From contig JARLIG010000008.1 of the NCBI GenBank assembly GCA_031291825.1, forward strand, positions 5,674-69,673: a stretch of 64,000 nucleotides of DNA, given 5' to 3'. The translations under genes and the position numbers were made by a program. Shown piece after piece: positions 8,428 through 17,501 of this stretch (position 1 is the first letter of the stretch; every line of letters starts with the position of its first letter). The notes below the pieces were generated by a model. The model was not told the DNA's origin and ran no database searches. It saw nothing but the letters and a program-made list of their open reading frames with translations. Origin of the DNA: Minisyncoccota bacterium (lineage in GTDB: Bacteria > Patescibacteriota > Minisyncoccia > Phycocordibacterales > UBA9973).

Positions 8428-10341
8428 TTATTGATTTAAAGCTGCTCGGGTTAATGGTCCGACAACTCCATCACCGCTTAAGTTGTGAGCTAGTTGGAAT
8501 TTAATTAGAGCTGCTTTGGTGTTGGCACCAAATACTCCATCAGTCAATAAACTGTAATTTAAAGATGCATTTAATAATGTTTGTAGTTCTGTAACAGCTG
8601 TGCCATTACTGCCACTTACGAGCAACGCAGTACCTAGGTTGTAAGTCGGTGCAACTCCAGCTATGGGTAGTTCTGGCGTGGTGTTATTATAACAAGTTTG
8701 ACCTGTGACTGTGCTAAATCCAACAGTCCCAAAACAGCCAACAATTATGTTGGTAGTATTACCAAAACATGATTGTCCAGTAGTCGTACTGAAGCCAACT
8801 GCTCTGTTGTCACAACCGAGAATCACCACCGGAAGTGTATTTGTTATTGTATTAACACCAGTATTTGGTAAGGTTGGAGTAGTTGTTGGTGTAGAAACTA
8901 CAGTTGTTGGATTCGTGCTTGAGCCACCATACAATTGTCCTCCGCCACCTCCCTGAGGAGAAACTGTCGCTGGAGGCGTTGAGGCTACTGTTACCGTAGC
9001 TGCCGCTCCAGCTGTAAAACCTGCAGAGAAGGTTGCTTGAACGGGTAATATTGTATAAGTATTTCCTAGAACGGTAGTACCGCTTACTGTGACTGTTGCG
9101 ACTGTGTTTCCTGAAGACAAAACAACGTTTGAAATAGTTCCCAAGTCAGTTACATTCGTTCCACCAAGTGTCCAATTACTATTCACTATGCCAGCTGTAG
9201 GGTCAAAAGTTCCTGTAGTTAATGTGTAAGTAATTACAGAAGTGCCTTGTGTGGTAGTCGCTGTGCCAATAGATAAAACTGGACTAACTACTGATGGATC
9301 AACAACAGTATTACCAATTAATGAAACGTCTGTTTGTCCTAAAGCTCGTCCTTGTAAGGTTGCACCATTTTGCATAGCAATAGTTGAAGACCCTGGACCA
9401 GCCAGAATGTTTCCTTCAAAAGTAGATGTGGTTTGTAGAGTAGATGTTCCAGCTACCGCCCAGAAAATATTCGCAGGTACAGCCCCGCCACTTAAAATAA
9501 CACTTTTCGCAGAACTGATATCAAGATTTCCGGGTATTTGAAATATCCAAACAGCACTCGAGCTTCCTGAAAGAGTAAGGTTGGTTGCAATATTTACGTC
9601 TCCAGAACCATCAAAAGTATAAACACCCGGAGCAAGTGTTAAACCGCCCAAGTTACAGGTGCCGCTGACACAGGCTCCTGCATCAAGCACGGTGGTGGCT
9701 GGAACGAGAGCGTTGTTGTATGCAGTAGTTAGGTCACTAGAAGCAGTTTGTTCTTTAGTTGGAGTTGGAACATTGTAATCGTACGCATATACATTTCCAG
9801 AAACTAAAGATGAAGTAGTGTAGGTTGTTGGGGGAACAGATAAAGCAAAACCAGTAATAGCAGTACTTGTTACTCCAGGACCCGTTCCAATATCTCCAGT
9901 GATGGCACTCGTACCAGTATTAGAAATTCCAGTATTAGAAAAAACGGCAAAATTAGTTAGACTTCCCAAGTTTACCGCCGTTGGTGCTACCACATAAGTG
10001 AATCCTCCAGTGGAAGTGATTGTCCCGGTATCAGTATTTGTCACCACAACGTTCTTCGCGCCGACCGTGCCGACAGGAGTAAGCGCTGTAATTTGCGTAG
10101 TGCTTACTACTACAACACTAGTCGCTGCAGTACCACCGACGGTAACAGTTGCGCCGGATGCAAACTGTGTTCCAGTAATGGTTATTGAGGTTCCACCGTT
10201 TACAATACCAAAAGCGGGAGCAATGCTGCCGATAGTGGGAGAGGAGGCAGCGAAAACCATATTAGGCACAACTGAAATAATAAACGCAAAAACTAGCACA
10301 AAAAGACCCATTCCTATCAAACTTTTATTAATATGTTTCAT
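8428..10341 (-). CDS. Ice-binding-like (DUF3494) surface protein with IPT/TIG domain and C-terminal peptidoglycan-binding domain
   Basis: GGTSITITGTQF (IPT); LGGLTLAPGVY, AVWIFQI, NIFWAVAG, FEGNILA, GRALGQT (DUF3494); ELQTLLN...DGVVGPLTRAALN. Confidence 0.9.
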   Translation of the reverse strand: MKHINKSLIGMGLFVLVFAFIISVVPNMVFAASSPTIGSIAPAFGIVNGGTSITITGTQFASGATVTVGGTAATSVVVVSTTQITALTPVGTVGAKNVVVTNTDTGTITSTGGFTYVVAPTAVNLGSLTNFAVFSNTGISNTGTSAITGDIGTGPGVTSTAITGFALSVPPTTYTTSSLVSGNVYAYDYNVPTPTKEQTASSDLTTAYNNALVPATTVLDAGACVSGTCNLGGLTLAPGVYTFDGSGDVNIATNLTLSGSSSAVWIFQIPGNLDISSAKSVILSGGAVPANIFWAVAGTSTLQTTSTFEGNILAGPGSSTIAMQNGATLQGRALGQTDVSLIGNTVVDPSVVSPVLSIGTATTTQGTSVITYTLTTGTFDPTAGIVNSNWTLGGTNVTDLGTISNVVLSSGNTVATVTVSGTTVLGNTYTILPVQATFSAGFTAGAAATVTVASTPPATVSPQGGGGGQLYGGSSTNPTTVVSTPTTTPTLPNTGVNTITNTLPVVILGCDNRAVGFSTTTGQSCFGNTTNIIVGCFGTVGFSTVTGQTCYNNTTPELPIAGVAPTYNLGTALLVSGSNGTAVTELQTLLNASLNYSLLTDGVFGANTKAALIKFQLAHNLSGDGVVGPLTRAALNQ

Positions 10342-10392
10342 ATCAATAAAGGCGTTGCAGGAATCAAACTATTACAATGATACCTATGTCTT

Positions 10393-10764
10393 TTACTTAA
10401 TATTGAATTTGTTTTTGAGCACTAGCAAATGTATGTGAAAATGGTCAGGAATAGATTTTCTTTTATTTGTTGTTTCTACCATGTGTCCGTAGTTTTTTTC
10501 GAGATAGCTAGCTTTAATAAAATCAAATTCTTTTCTCTCTGCTTGGTTTAATTTTTCGTAAGTTGTGTGTCTTTTGGAAACAAGAATGTGATTTATTTTA
10601 GCGATAAGGTCCCAAGGATATTCATTGTTGATAATTTTCCAATATTTAAATTTTTTAATTGGCTTTATCTGACAGAGACGACAGCCATGATCCAAAAGTC
10701 CATTTGCTCGCATGCGCATATATTTGTCGTAAGTTTTTTTAGTTCTTAGGTCTTGGCTAGGCAT
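10393..10764 (-). CDS. HIT-like family protein
   Basis: CRLC, NEYPWD, C-terminal HFHIH triad. Confidence 0.7.
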   Translation of the reverse strand: MPSQDLRTKKTYDKYMRMRANGLLDHGCRLCQIKPIKKFKYWKIINNEYPWDLIAKINHILVSKRHTTYEKLNQAERKEFDFIKASYLEKNYGHMVETTNKRKSIPDHFHIHLLVLKNKFNIK

Positions 10765-10836
10765 GTTTTTATTCTAGCAAATATAAAAAATAAATGCTGC
10801 GGATTTTCTCCATATCTATCGAATAGGGGATAATAT

Positions 10837-10992
10837 TTAAAAACCAGAATCTACGTCACTTACACCCTGGATGCTATTATCTGTTTTTGGAGATAGCGCT
10901 ATTTGTTGTTCGACTGAAATAGCGTAGAGATATATTGTAACCACGAGTAGAACAACTACTAGCACTGTTGTAATTTTAGATTTTTTTGACAT
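10837..10992 (-). CDS. Small membrane-anchored protein (51 aa, not in ORF track)
   Basis: Hand-translated MSKKSKITTVLVVVLLVVTIYLYAISVEQQIALSPKTDNSIQGVSDVDSGF. Confidence 0.55.
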   Translation of the reverse strand: MSKKSKITTVLVVVLLVVTIYLYAISVEQQIALSPKTDNSIQGVSDVDSGF

Positions 10993-11090
10993 AGACTATA
11001 TATATTTAATATTACTTATATTAAATAAGCCGTAAAAAATTCAAAGCTATTACGTAAAAAATATGGGGAAGTAAGGTTTCAAAAACAACA

Positions 11091-11143
11091 AAACCCGTCC
11101 GCAAGGATGGACAACAGTCTCGTTGTCGCCCTGCGGCGGGTTT
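11091..11143 (-). terminator. GC-rich compound hairpin terminating 11142..11315
   Basis: AAACCCGTCCGCAAGG...CCCTGCGGCGGGTTT enclosing GACAAC/GTTGTC, followed by T-rich tract on minus strand. Confidence 0.65.
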
Positions 11144-11315
11144 AATGCAAATGATGGTGATTGAGCTCCGCACTGAGCTGGTTTATTTTATTTTGGGTAA
11201 TTGGGCTTACAAGCCACAACCCCACCAGAAGGAAACAGGCTGCGACTGCGACAATGAGAATGTATACCACAGCACAAACCCCAACCAACTTCTCATTATT
11301 GTTAGAAGCGGTCAT
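11142..11315 (-). CDS. Small orphan membrane protein (57 aa, not in ORF track)
   Basis: MTASNNNEKLVGVCAVVYILIVAVAACFLLVGLWLVSPITQNKINQLSAELNHHHLH; SD GAGGTG upstream; hairpin right after stop. Confidence 0.65.
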   Translation of the reverse strand: MTASNNNEKLVGVCAVVYILIVAVAACFLLVGLWLVSPITQNKINQLSAELNHHHLH

Positions 11316-11354
11316 TTTTACACCTCTTCACAAAAAATACTACGTTTTTAATAA

Positions 11355-11714
11355 AAGTCAATTGATGCATTACCCTCCGTTGGACAAAAAAACATAGAAA
11401 ATGTTGTTTTTATCGTTGAGCCTGAAGTTCGTGAAGCAAAATCAGAAGAGATGCACATTAAAAGGGGACAACTATTGCTCGGACTCTATGAAGGTGTGTC
11501 AAAAGCCAATCGAGGCGACGGATATTTCGGTGTGTTGCCAGACAAGATAACAATATTTCAACGTCCGATTGAATCACTCGCCATGGGTAATCCTGAAAAA
11601 TTAAAAGAAATTGTTTTTGGTGTAGTACGCCACGAAGTGGGACACCATCTTGGTTTTGATGAACCAGGCATACGGGCTCATGAAAAAGCACGTGATGAAA
11701 AAGAAAAAAATTAA
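11355..11714 (+). pseudogene. Zincin-like (Zincin_1/DUF1025) metallopeptidase, apparently 5'-truncated
   Basis: LLGLYEG, PDKITIFQRPI, HEVGHHLG; family-like KSIDALP...IENVVFIVE extends to in-frame TAA at 11352-11354 with no ATG/GTG/TTG before 11451. Confidence 0.6.
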
Positions 11715-11740
11715 ACACGATACTAAAAAGTTTAAGTATG

Positions 11741-11926
11741 TTATTTCTTAACTGAAAACCACTTCATTCTTATATACATATAGAGCATCCCAAGCGCGAA
11801 ACCCGCAGATACCGAGATAAAGGTCTGGAAGAGTGCAGCGTTTCCGAAAGACCATACCACAGTAAGGATAATCGCCCAGAGAACAGCAACTCCGCTTACG
11901 TATATGTACAATGGATATTTTTTCAT
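11741..11926 (-). CDS. Small two-TM membrane protein
   Basis: Two hydrophobic helices; TGATATAAT-N6-ATG upstream. Confidence 0.7.
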   Translation of the reverse strand: MKKYPLYIYVSGVAVLWAIILTVVWSFGNAALFQTFISVSAGFALGMLYMYIRMKWFSVKK

Positions 11927-11954
11927 AACTATATTATATCAAACTTTTCTGATG

Positions 11955-12025
11955 CTGGGAGACTTGGACTCGAACCAAGATAATATCCTCCAGAGGGATA
12001 TGTCCTACCATTAGACGATCTCCCA
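11955..12025 (-). tRNA. tRNA-Gln(CTG)
   Basis: TGGGAGA/TCTCCCA acceptor, anticodon arm TATCC-CTCTGGA-GGATA, GGTTCGAGTCC; CCA not encoded. Confidence 0.93.
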
Positions 12026-12040
12026 ATACTTTAGGAAACT

Positions 12041-12066
12041 TGCCTCGCCATTGAAGCGATCTCCCA
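12041..12066 (-). pseudogene. Degenerate tRNA-Gln 5' fragment
   Basis: TGGGAGATCGCTTCAATGGCGAGGCA directly upstream of the tRNA-Gln; 11-bp direct repeat CGATCTCCCAA at 12016-12026 and 12057-12067. Confidence 0.6.
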
Positions 12067-12138
12067 AAATGGTACTCTAACTTTCTAAACTTAACACATT
12101 TTAACTTGAATTAGAAGTGATATATTGAAAATATGAAA

Positions 12139-12717
12139 TTAATGCATCAAGGCGACTCGGATGAATTCTACACCGATGGCCATTAAGATGAGCCCCATCA
12201 TATTGGCGAAAACCATTATTTCTTTTTTTCCGAATATTTTTAGAATATAAGGAGCGAGTAGGAAAATAATATAATTCAAAAGTAAATTACTTAAGACGCC
12301 CGCTAGTGTGAGCATGTAGCCGTATTCTTTGGCAAAGATGATGACGAGGCTTATCGTGCCGGGTCCAGCGATGAGGGGAGTGGCGAGTGGCATAATGCTC
12401 GGCTCTTCTTCGTGTTTGTGTTCTCGGTCTTCTTGTTTAAAGTCCAATCCGAAAAGTATTTTTATTCCTATGAGAAGTAGGGCGATACCGCCAGCGATAC
12501 GAAAGCTGTCCATGGAAATCTGAAAAAGATTTAAAATGCCGTTGCCTAAAAACATGAAAACTATCAGGATACTGCCAGCGTAAAGTATTGCTGAACGCGC
12601 GAATTTTCTTTTTCCAGCTTTATCGAGGGGGCTCGCAAAAGCGAGAAAAAACGGCACATTGCCGAGCGGGTCCATCACGCCGAAAACGGCGAAGAAAATT
12701 TGTATGAAATAAAGCAT
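12139..12717 (-). CDS. marC: MarC family integral membrane protein
   Basis: MDPLGNVP, FRIAGGI.L, PLATPLIAGPGTI, MGLILMAIGVE. Confidence 0.9.
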   Translation of the reverse strand: MLYFIQIFFAVFGVMDPLGNVPFFLAFASPLDKAGKRKFARSAILYAGSILIVFMFLGNGILNLFQISMDSFRIAGGIALLLIGIKILFGLDFKQEDREHKHEEEPSIMPLATPLIAGPGTISLVIIFAKEYGYMLTLAGVLSNLLLNYIIFLLAPYILKIFGKKEIMVFANMMGLILMAIGVEFIRVALMH

Positions 12718-12781
12718 TTGTTTGATTCTAGCACAATTCTCTTTTCTAACAAAAATTTTTACTTTCTGCTATAATCATTTC

Positions 12782-13624
12782 GTGAAATTTTTTAAGAGTA
12801 AAATATTCAAAATAATCATTTATATCTTTGCCGCCATTGGCTTTGTCTTCACGATGGTTTTTATTGGTATGCAGTTCGGCATTTTTAATGTCCCTGGGTC
12901 CAATGCGGCTCGCAATAAGTCGCTAAACATTCCGAAGACAGCACCTCCAGAAGATTGCACTGATGCGGCGGAACAAAAATGTGATTGGAATAAAACCGTC
13001 GAATGGGATGTGCTAAAAACTGCTTTTACTAAAGATGCGCCAATCATAAACCAAGTTTCCACACAGGTAGGCATCTCGCCAATGATGCTCGTCGCAACCA
13101 TTTCACCCGAACAAATTCGTTTTTTCACTTCTAATCGCGAAAGTTTTAAAAAATATTTTGAGCCGCTGAAAATTTTAGTCTCACTTTCTCAATTCTCTCT
13201 CGGCATTTCGGGTATCAAAGAAGATACTGCCAAACAAATAGAAGCCTATGCGAATGACCCGACTAGTCCGTTTTACCCAGGAGCTGGCGCGGTAGCGCTC
13301 ATCGCTTATCCGCCAAATGTCGACCATGACACTGAACTTTTCAATCGCCTGACCGATGAACATAACCATTATTATTCTTATCTCTACACCGCGCTCTTTA
13401 TCAAAGAGATTGAGAGTCAGTGGGGGAACGCAGGCTTTGACATCACACAGCAACCAGAAGTTATCGCCACACTTTTCAATCTAGGCTTTGACCAGTCCGT
13501 GCCAAAAGCAAACCCTGTCGTTTCTGGTTCGCCGATTACGCTGGCGGGTAATACCTATATCTATGGTGAACTCGGAGCGCTTGTCTATAACTCAAACGAA
13601 TTTGATATGATTTTTACTAGATAG
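12782..13624 (+). CDS. Membrane-anchored protein, possible lysozyme/transglycosylase-like fold
   Basis: N-terminal TM; ISPEQIR, SLGISGIKEDTA, IATLFNLG resemble SLT motifs; start moved to GTG 12782 (TGCTATAAT-N6). Confidence 0.6.
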   Translation: MKFFKSKIFKIIIYIFAAIGFVFTMVFIGMQFGIFNVPGSNAARNKSLNIPKTAPPEDCTDAAEQKCDWNKTVEWDVLKTAFTKDAPIINQVSTQVGISPMMLVATISPEQIRFFTSNRESFKKYFEPLKILVSLSQFSLGISGIKEDTAKQIEAYANDPTSPFYPGAGAVALIAYPPNVDHDTELFNRLTDEHNHYYSYLYTALFIKEIESQWGNAGFDITQQPEVIATLFNLGFDQSVPKANPVVSGSPITLAGNTYIYGELGALVYNSNEFDMIFTR

Positions 13625-13675
13625 TACAAAGCCATTGTTTTATAAAAAATTTTAAGGTGTATAATTATAATAGTT

Positions 13676-14086
13676 ATGAAATTCCCAGAAATATTTAAGC
13701 GAAAAGAGCCTGGTATTACTGGCAAGGAAAAGCCTATCGCAGAAAGATATCCGAGCGCTAGCCCTATGATGTTAGAATTTTTAGCCTTCAAAGAAGGACG
13801 AATTTCCTTAGAAGAATTATCTAATGATGCACTAATTCTGGTATATAAAGAAAAACAAAAATATTATGAGTATGAAGCAGAAAGATATAATGTCGTTAGG
13901 CATCCTGCAGATTTCAACGGTAGGGCACGTTCAGAATTTATTGGCAGTAGTGCTCACAATAAAACAGTGAAAGAGCAAGATGACAAAACTGCAAATGCAA
14001 GGCAGGAATTAAATAAAGTTCTTGCGGTGGTTAGAAAAAGAGGTTTACCAGAAGACCAACCTGATTTAAAACAAGACGTATATTAA
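13676..14086 (+). CDS. Hypothetical protein
   Basis: 136-aa ORF with TATAAT just upstream. Confidence 0.65.
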   Translation: MKFPEIFKRKEPGITGKEKPIAERYPSASPMMLEFLAFKEGRISLEELSNDALILVYKEKQKYYEYEAERYNVVRHPADFNGRARSEFIGSSAHNKTVKEQDDKTANARQELNKVLAVVRKRGLPEDQPDLKQDVY

Positions 14087-14183
14087 AAATATTTTCCAGC
14101 TCTATTGACTTTTTCTATTTTTAGTTTAAAACAATGTAGTAAGTTCTTCAAACTAACTGGCGAGTACGCAAAAGGAGACAACG

Positions 14184-14438
14184 ATGGTTGTTTTAGAATC
14201 GCTTCGCATGGTTGGGCTTGTCTTGAGCCTAATCGGGCTAGGTATGTTTGCTGGGTCTTTTGTGGGCAGTAGCGCGTACAGAGGAATAACGCTGGTTTTC
14301 GCCGTTTTGGTGATGGTCGCTGGTGTTGGTTTAATGTACTGCACCATCATTATCATCCGTCGTCACAACCGTCCACCTTCTACGACGCCTAAACCAAGAC
14401 CACCTCTTCTGAAAAGGAGGACTGGATGGTTTGATTAA
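14184..14438 (+). CDS. Small orphan two-TM protein
   Basis: SD AAGGAG 14172-14177; two TMs, Pro/Arg tail; hairpin downstream. Confidence 0.7.
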   Translation: MVVLESLRMVGLVLSLIGLGMFAGSFVGSSAYRGITLVFAVLVMVAGVGLMYCTIIIIRRHNRPPSTTPKPRPPLLKRRTGWFD

Positions 14439-14446
14439 AAAACATC

Positions 14447-14495
14447 ACAGTCCCAACGGAGACCGCCACGTCTCTGACGGGGCTGTTTCTGTTTT
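14447..14495 (+). terminator. Intrinsic terminator
   Basis: ACAGTCCC..CGGAGAC..GTCTCTG..GGGGCTGT then TTCTGTTTT. Confidence 0.65.
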
Positions 14496-14523
14496 ATTCA
14501 CATGAAACTGATATAATAGAGAT

Positions 14524-15057
14524 ATGAAAAATATTAAAACTGTTTTGGTTGTTTTGGTTCTAGTGGCTCTGGTGCTACTCGGAGCTTATCTGATTTTTTT
14601 TCAAAACAAAACGACAACTCCGCCGATAGCGCCCACCAATCCAAATTCTCCAGTTGACACTTCCATAATATACAACAATACAATTTACGGGTTTACCTTT
14701 TCCTTGCCTAGCGATTGGAAAGGATATTCAATTATGAAAAATACATGGAATGGTCAACCACAGAATAATAATACTTCTGCGCAAACGGGACCCGAACTAT
14801 TGATAAGGAATCCAAATTGGACTGCAACCACACATTACGAAGATATACCTATAATGGTGTTTACCATATCACAATGGAATTCTTACGTGGCTGGAAATTT
14901 TGCCACATCCGCCGCGCCGTTTCCTGCAGCTGAACTTGGGCGAAATAATATTTATGTTTTTGCTATTCCTCCACGTTGGGATTATGACTACAGCCAAGGA
15001 TTTCAAGAAGCAGATACGATTGTAACTTCAAAACCTTTGCATCCTTTTGATTTATAA
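14524..15057 (+). CDS. Membrane-anchored secreted protein (PsbP-like start motif)
   Basis: N-terminal TM; YNNTIYGFTFSLPSDW. Confidence 0.75.
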   Translation: MKNIKTVLVVLVLVALVLLGAYLIFFQNKTTTPPIAPTNPNSPVDTSIIYNNTIYGFTFSLPSDWKGYSIMKNTWNGQPQNNNTSAQTGPELLIRNPNWTATTHYEDIPIMVFTISQWNSYVAGNFATSAAPFPAAELGRNNIYVFAIPPRWDYDYSQGFQEADTIVTSKPLHPFDL

Positions 15058-15058
15058 A

Positions 15059-15385
15059 ATGCAAGAACAAGCGCCACAAAATAAAAAAGAATCTTTGGAA
15101 CACATCCCGACGCTCGAAGAAGTGCGTTCGATTTTCAGGAGGTTAACAGAAAAAAAATTTAAAGAAGTTCGTCAGATTAATGACGAGAAAGGTCTTTACC
15201 TTTTTGATATTACTGCGCCAGGAGAATTGGAAGGCGAAGTCACAGAATATTCTTATCGCAGAGGGCAGACAGATAAACATGCAAATCCAATAGATTCAAT
15301 TCAAGTCACGTATTATGAATATGACAGACCAATCAGTGGCACGACTGTGGCAGAAATTGTGGATGGGGAGTGGAAGATTCTTTAA
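15059..15385 (+). CDS. Hypothetical protein
   Basis: ORF track 15047..15385; first ATG at 15059. Confidence 0.7.
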   Translation: MQEQAPQNKKESLEHIPTLEEVRSIFRRLTEKKFKEVRQINDEKGLYLFDITAPGELEGEVTEYSYRRGQTDKHANPIDSIQVTYYEYDRPISGTTVAEIVDGEWKIL

Positions 15386-15423
15386 TTTGTGTAAAGAAAA
15401 TTCTTGCGTAAGAAAAAAATATT

Positions 15424-15669
15424 ATGTACCACCTCTATATTTTAAAGTGTGCGGATAAAAGTTTATATACTGGCATCACTACTGATTTAAAACGCCGAGT
15501 GGGGGAACACAATAGCTCAAAATTGGGCGCGAGGTATACAAAGTCTAGGCGACCAGTCCAGTTGGTTTATTCTAAGAAATTTAAAAACAGGTCTTTGGCA
15601 TCCATTGCCGAAGCGAAAATTAAAAAATTATCGAGGGCAGAAAAATTAAAACTAATCAAAAGTAAGTAA
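15424..15669 (+). CDS. GIY-YIG nuclease family protein (UPF0213/YhbQ-like)
   Basis: LYILKCADKSLYTGITTDLKRRVGEHN, GARYTKSRRP, AEAKIKKL. Confidence 0.9.
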   Translation: MYHLYILKCADKSLYTGITTDLKRRVGEHNSSKLGARYTKSRRPVQLVYSKKFKNRSLASIAEAKIKKLSRAEKLKLIKSK

Positions 15670-15771
15670 TTTCCAATTCTTGCTTTTTATAAAATATTGT
15701 GTTATTCCGTAAAGGAACATCAGTACCCCGTAGCCGCAGAGAGTGGACGGGTAAAGAAAGGAAAATAAGTC

Positions 15772-16227
15772 ATGAATCTGTTGCTTGAAGCGCAGCAAAG
15801 TGTCACACCAGAGGAGGTTGCCAAGGTGGACCAATCGTTGCCAGCTGCTGACAAAGAGAACTCCGCGGATTTCATCGGAACTCTGCCGGCTGAATTGCAG
15901 AATCTTTGGACCTTCATGCAGAGGATGGTTGCAGAGATAGAAGCCGATACGGAAATCCTTGAGCGTAAAGCTACCTCTGTATTTTTCTCATCGGACTACG
16001 AAGAGAACCTGCCAGCCATCTTTCGTAAGAAGGTAGTCCTGACAAGAAAACTCAATTGCGCGAAGAAGGTCTTCTGGGCGGAAGTGGAAGCCCAGTTTGG
16101 TCTGAAGGAAGGCCAACAGGGTCTCGCTTTGCGGAAGGGGTGGGCGGTGGTGCATTATCTATACCCGCTCTGCGTCGTCGAACTTCGCCCCGCCAAGAGG
16201 GGTATCTTCGCTCGTCTTTTCAACTGA
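15772..16227 (+). CDS. Orphan hypothetical protein
   Basis: SD AAAGGA, leader hairpin 15725-15752, terminator downstream. Confidence 0.7.
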   Translation: MNLLLEAQQSVTPEEVAKVDQSLPAADKENSADFIGTLPAELQNLWTFMQRMVAEIEADTEILERKATSVFFSSDYEENLPAIFRKKVVLTRKLNCAKKVFWAEVEAQFGLKEGQQGLALRKGWAVVHYLYPLCVVELRPAKRGIFARLFN

Positions 16228-16269
16228 CGAGAGTCGAACAACCAAACAATAAGAAAGGAGCCATCTATC

Positions 16270-16318
16270 GACCGCTTGTGAGAGGACCGCAAATCCTGCA
16301 AGCGGTCTTCTTATTTTT
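16270..16318 (+). terminator. Intrinsic terminator
   Basis: GACCGCTTG...CAAGCGGTC then TTCTTATTTTT. Confidence 0.7.
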
Positions 16319-16437
16319 GGTGTAGTTTTTTTTAAATTACTAAACGTGTGCTTCTTTGTCTTTCGTAAATATAAAAGTTCCGTCTTTGTTGCTTGTGAAT
16401 TCAAATCGGTTAGTGTGTCTAATAAATAAAAAGAGTG

Positions 16438-16466
16438 AGGCCACGGTTTTTGGAAAACCGTGGCCT
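16438..16466 (-). terminator. Hairpin downstream of 16488..17006
   Basis: AGGCCACGGTTTT-TGG-AAAACCGTGGCCT, 13-bp perfect stem. Confidence 0.7.
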
Positions 16467-16487
16467 TTTGAAGATGGTGCATGCGCG

Positions 16488-17006
16488 TTAGTTTGGGTGA
16501 ATTAGATATCGCTCTTCACGCATAGCCCTGCTGGCTCTTTGGCAGGAGTACGTCCATACAGGGAAGTGTTGGGAAACATCCCACAACATGGCGGATTTTG
16601 TTTCCTCCTTTGAGTAAGCGCTTGCCCTAAGGAAAAAACCTTTTCCGATTTGGTCGTACCACCTGATATTGTGGCGTCTAGTGTTTCTGACTTGGTCGCG
16701 AAAAAAGCCGACCAGCAAGAGTGTTTGAGAACCAGCAATTTCCAATATTTCTGGGTCTGGTGCTCCATAGAAATTCTCTGTGAGTGTTGGGATAACAAAG
16801 TTATCCAAAATCTCACAAAGGCTAACTGCTGGTCCCATAGTGTCCTCTTCAAAACGAGAGGTTTGCGCGTAATGCGCTAGGATGCTCGCAATGTAGAGTG
16901 TTTCCTCTCGACCCATACCTACTGGTGCGTTGTTTCGCAAGTGGTTGTAGAAGAACTGCATTGTTTGAGCTGAACCTACCGCCAGAAGTTCTCTAAGGTC
17001 ACTCAT
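16488..17006 (-). CDS. Hypothetical helical protein
   Basis: ORF track 16488..17084; start moved to ATG 17006 behind SD GGAGG. Confidence 0.75.
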   Translation of the reverse strand: MSDLRELLAVGSAQTMQFFYNHLRNNAPVGMGREETLYIASILAHYAQTSRFEEDTMGPAVSLCEILDNFVIPTLTENFYGAPDPEILEIAGSQTLLLVGFFRDQVRNTRRHNIRWYDQIGKGFFLRASAYSKEETKSAMLWDVSQHFPVWTYSCQRASRAMREERYLIHPN

Positions 17007-17161
17007 GCTTTGCCTCCAATGGATTTTGTTGCTTTCAAAATTAGTATAGATTATTGAGCTAAATATGCAAATAAAGTTACTCAATGGCTAGACTAGTTTT
17101 AATTTAAACAAAGTTGTATAGTTTAAGAGAAGTAACGCTCGTTATTTGAAAGGGGTTGGAT

Positions 17162-17476
17162 ATGCCAGAGCCAGAGTCAAATAAGCAAGAGCTGCAAAAA
17201 CACTCCATGCCCGTGAAGTGCGTGACATGTGGGAAAGAGGAAGGGTTCCTTTACGTTGACACTATGGGCAATGCAGCAGGAGATATTTTTTTATACCTGC
17301 GTTGTTCAAAATGCGACACAAAATTGGTCATTCCACACAACTCTGTCAAGACGGGTATCTACTGTACCGGTCGAGATATTCAGATGGCTTCGAAGCAGAA
17401 GATGCTAACTGCTAAGGTGACCGATGACTTCGCCACATTCATGCTTGCCATCGGCATGCCCAACTCCCAACAATAA
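17162..17476 (+). CDS. Orphan zinc-ribbon protein
   Basis: CVTC...CSKC; SD-like AAGGGG; terminator 17502-17537. Confidence 0.65.
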   Translation: MPEPESNKQELQKHSMPVKCVTCGKEEGFLYVDTMGNAAGDIFLYLRCSKCDTKLVIPHNSVKTGIYCTGRDIQMASKQKMLTAKVTDDFATFMLAIGMPNSQQ

Positions 17477-17501
17477 ACAACCCCAGTTTACAGAGAGCCT
17501 C

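Noticed and set aside
11145-11397. Plus-strand ORFs 11145..11351 and 11161..11397
   Set aside because: The minus-strand 57-aa ORF has the SD, a TM helix and a terminator; these are its shadows.
15424-15669. GIY-YIG protein as homing endonuclease or element mobiliser
   Set aside because: 81-aa stand-alone UPF0213-type protein with no intron, DNA-binding extension or flanking repeats.
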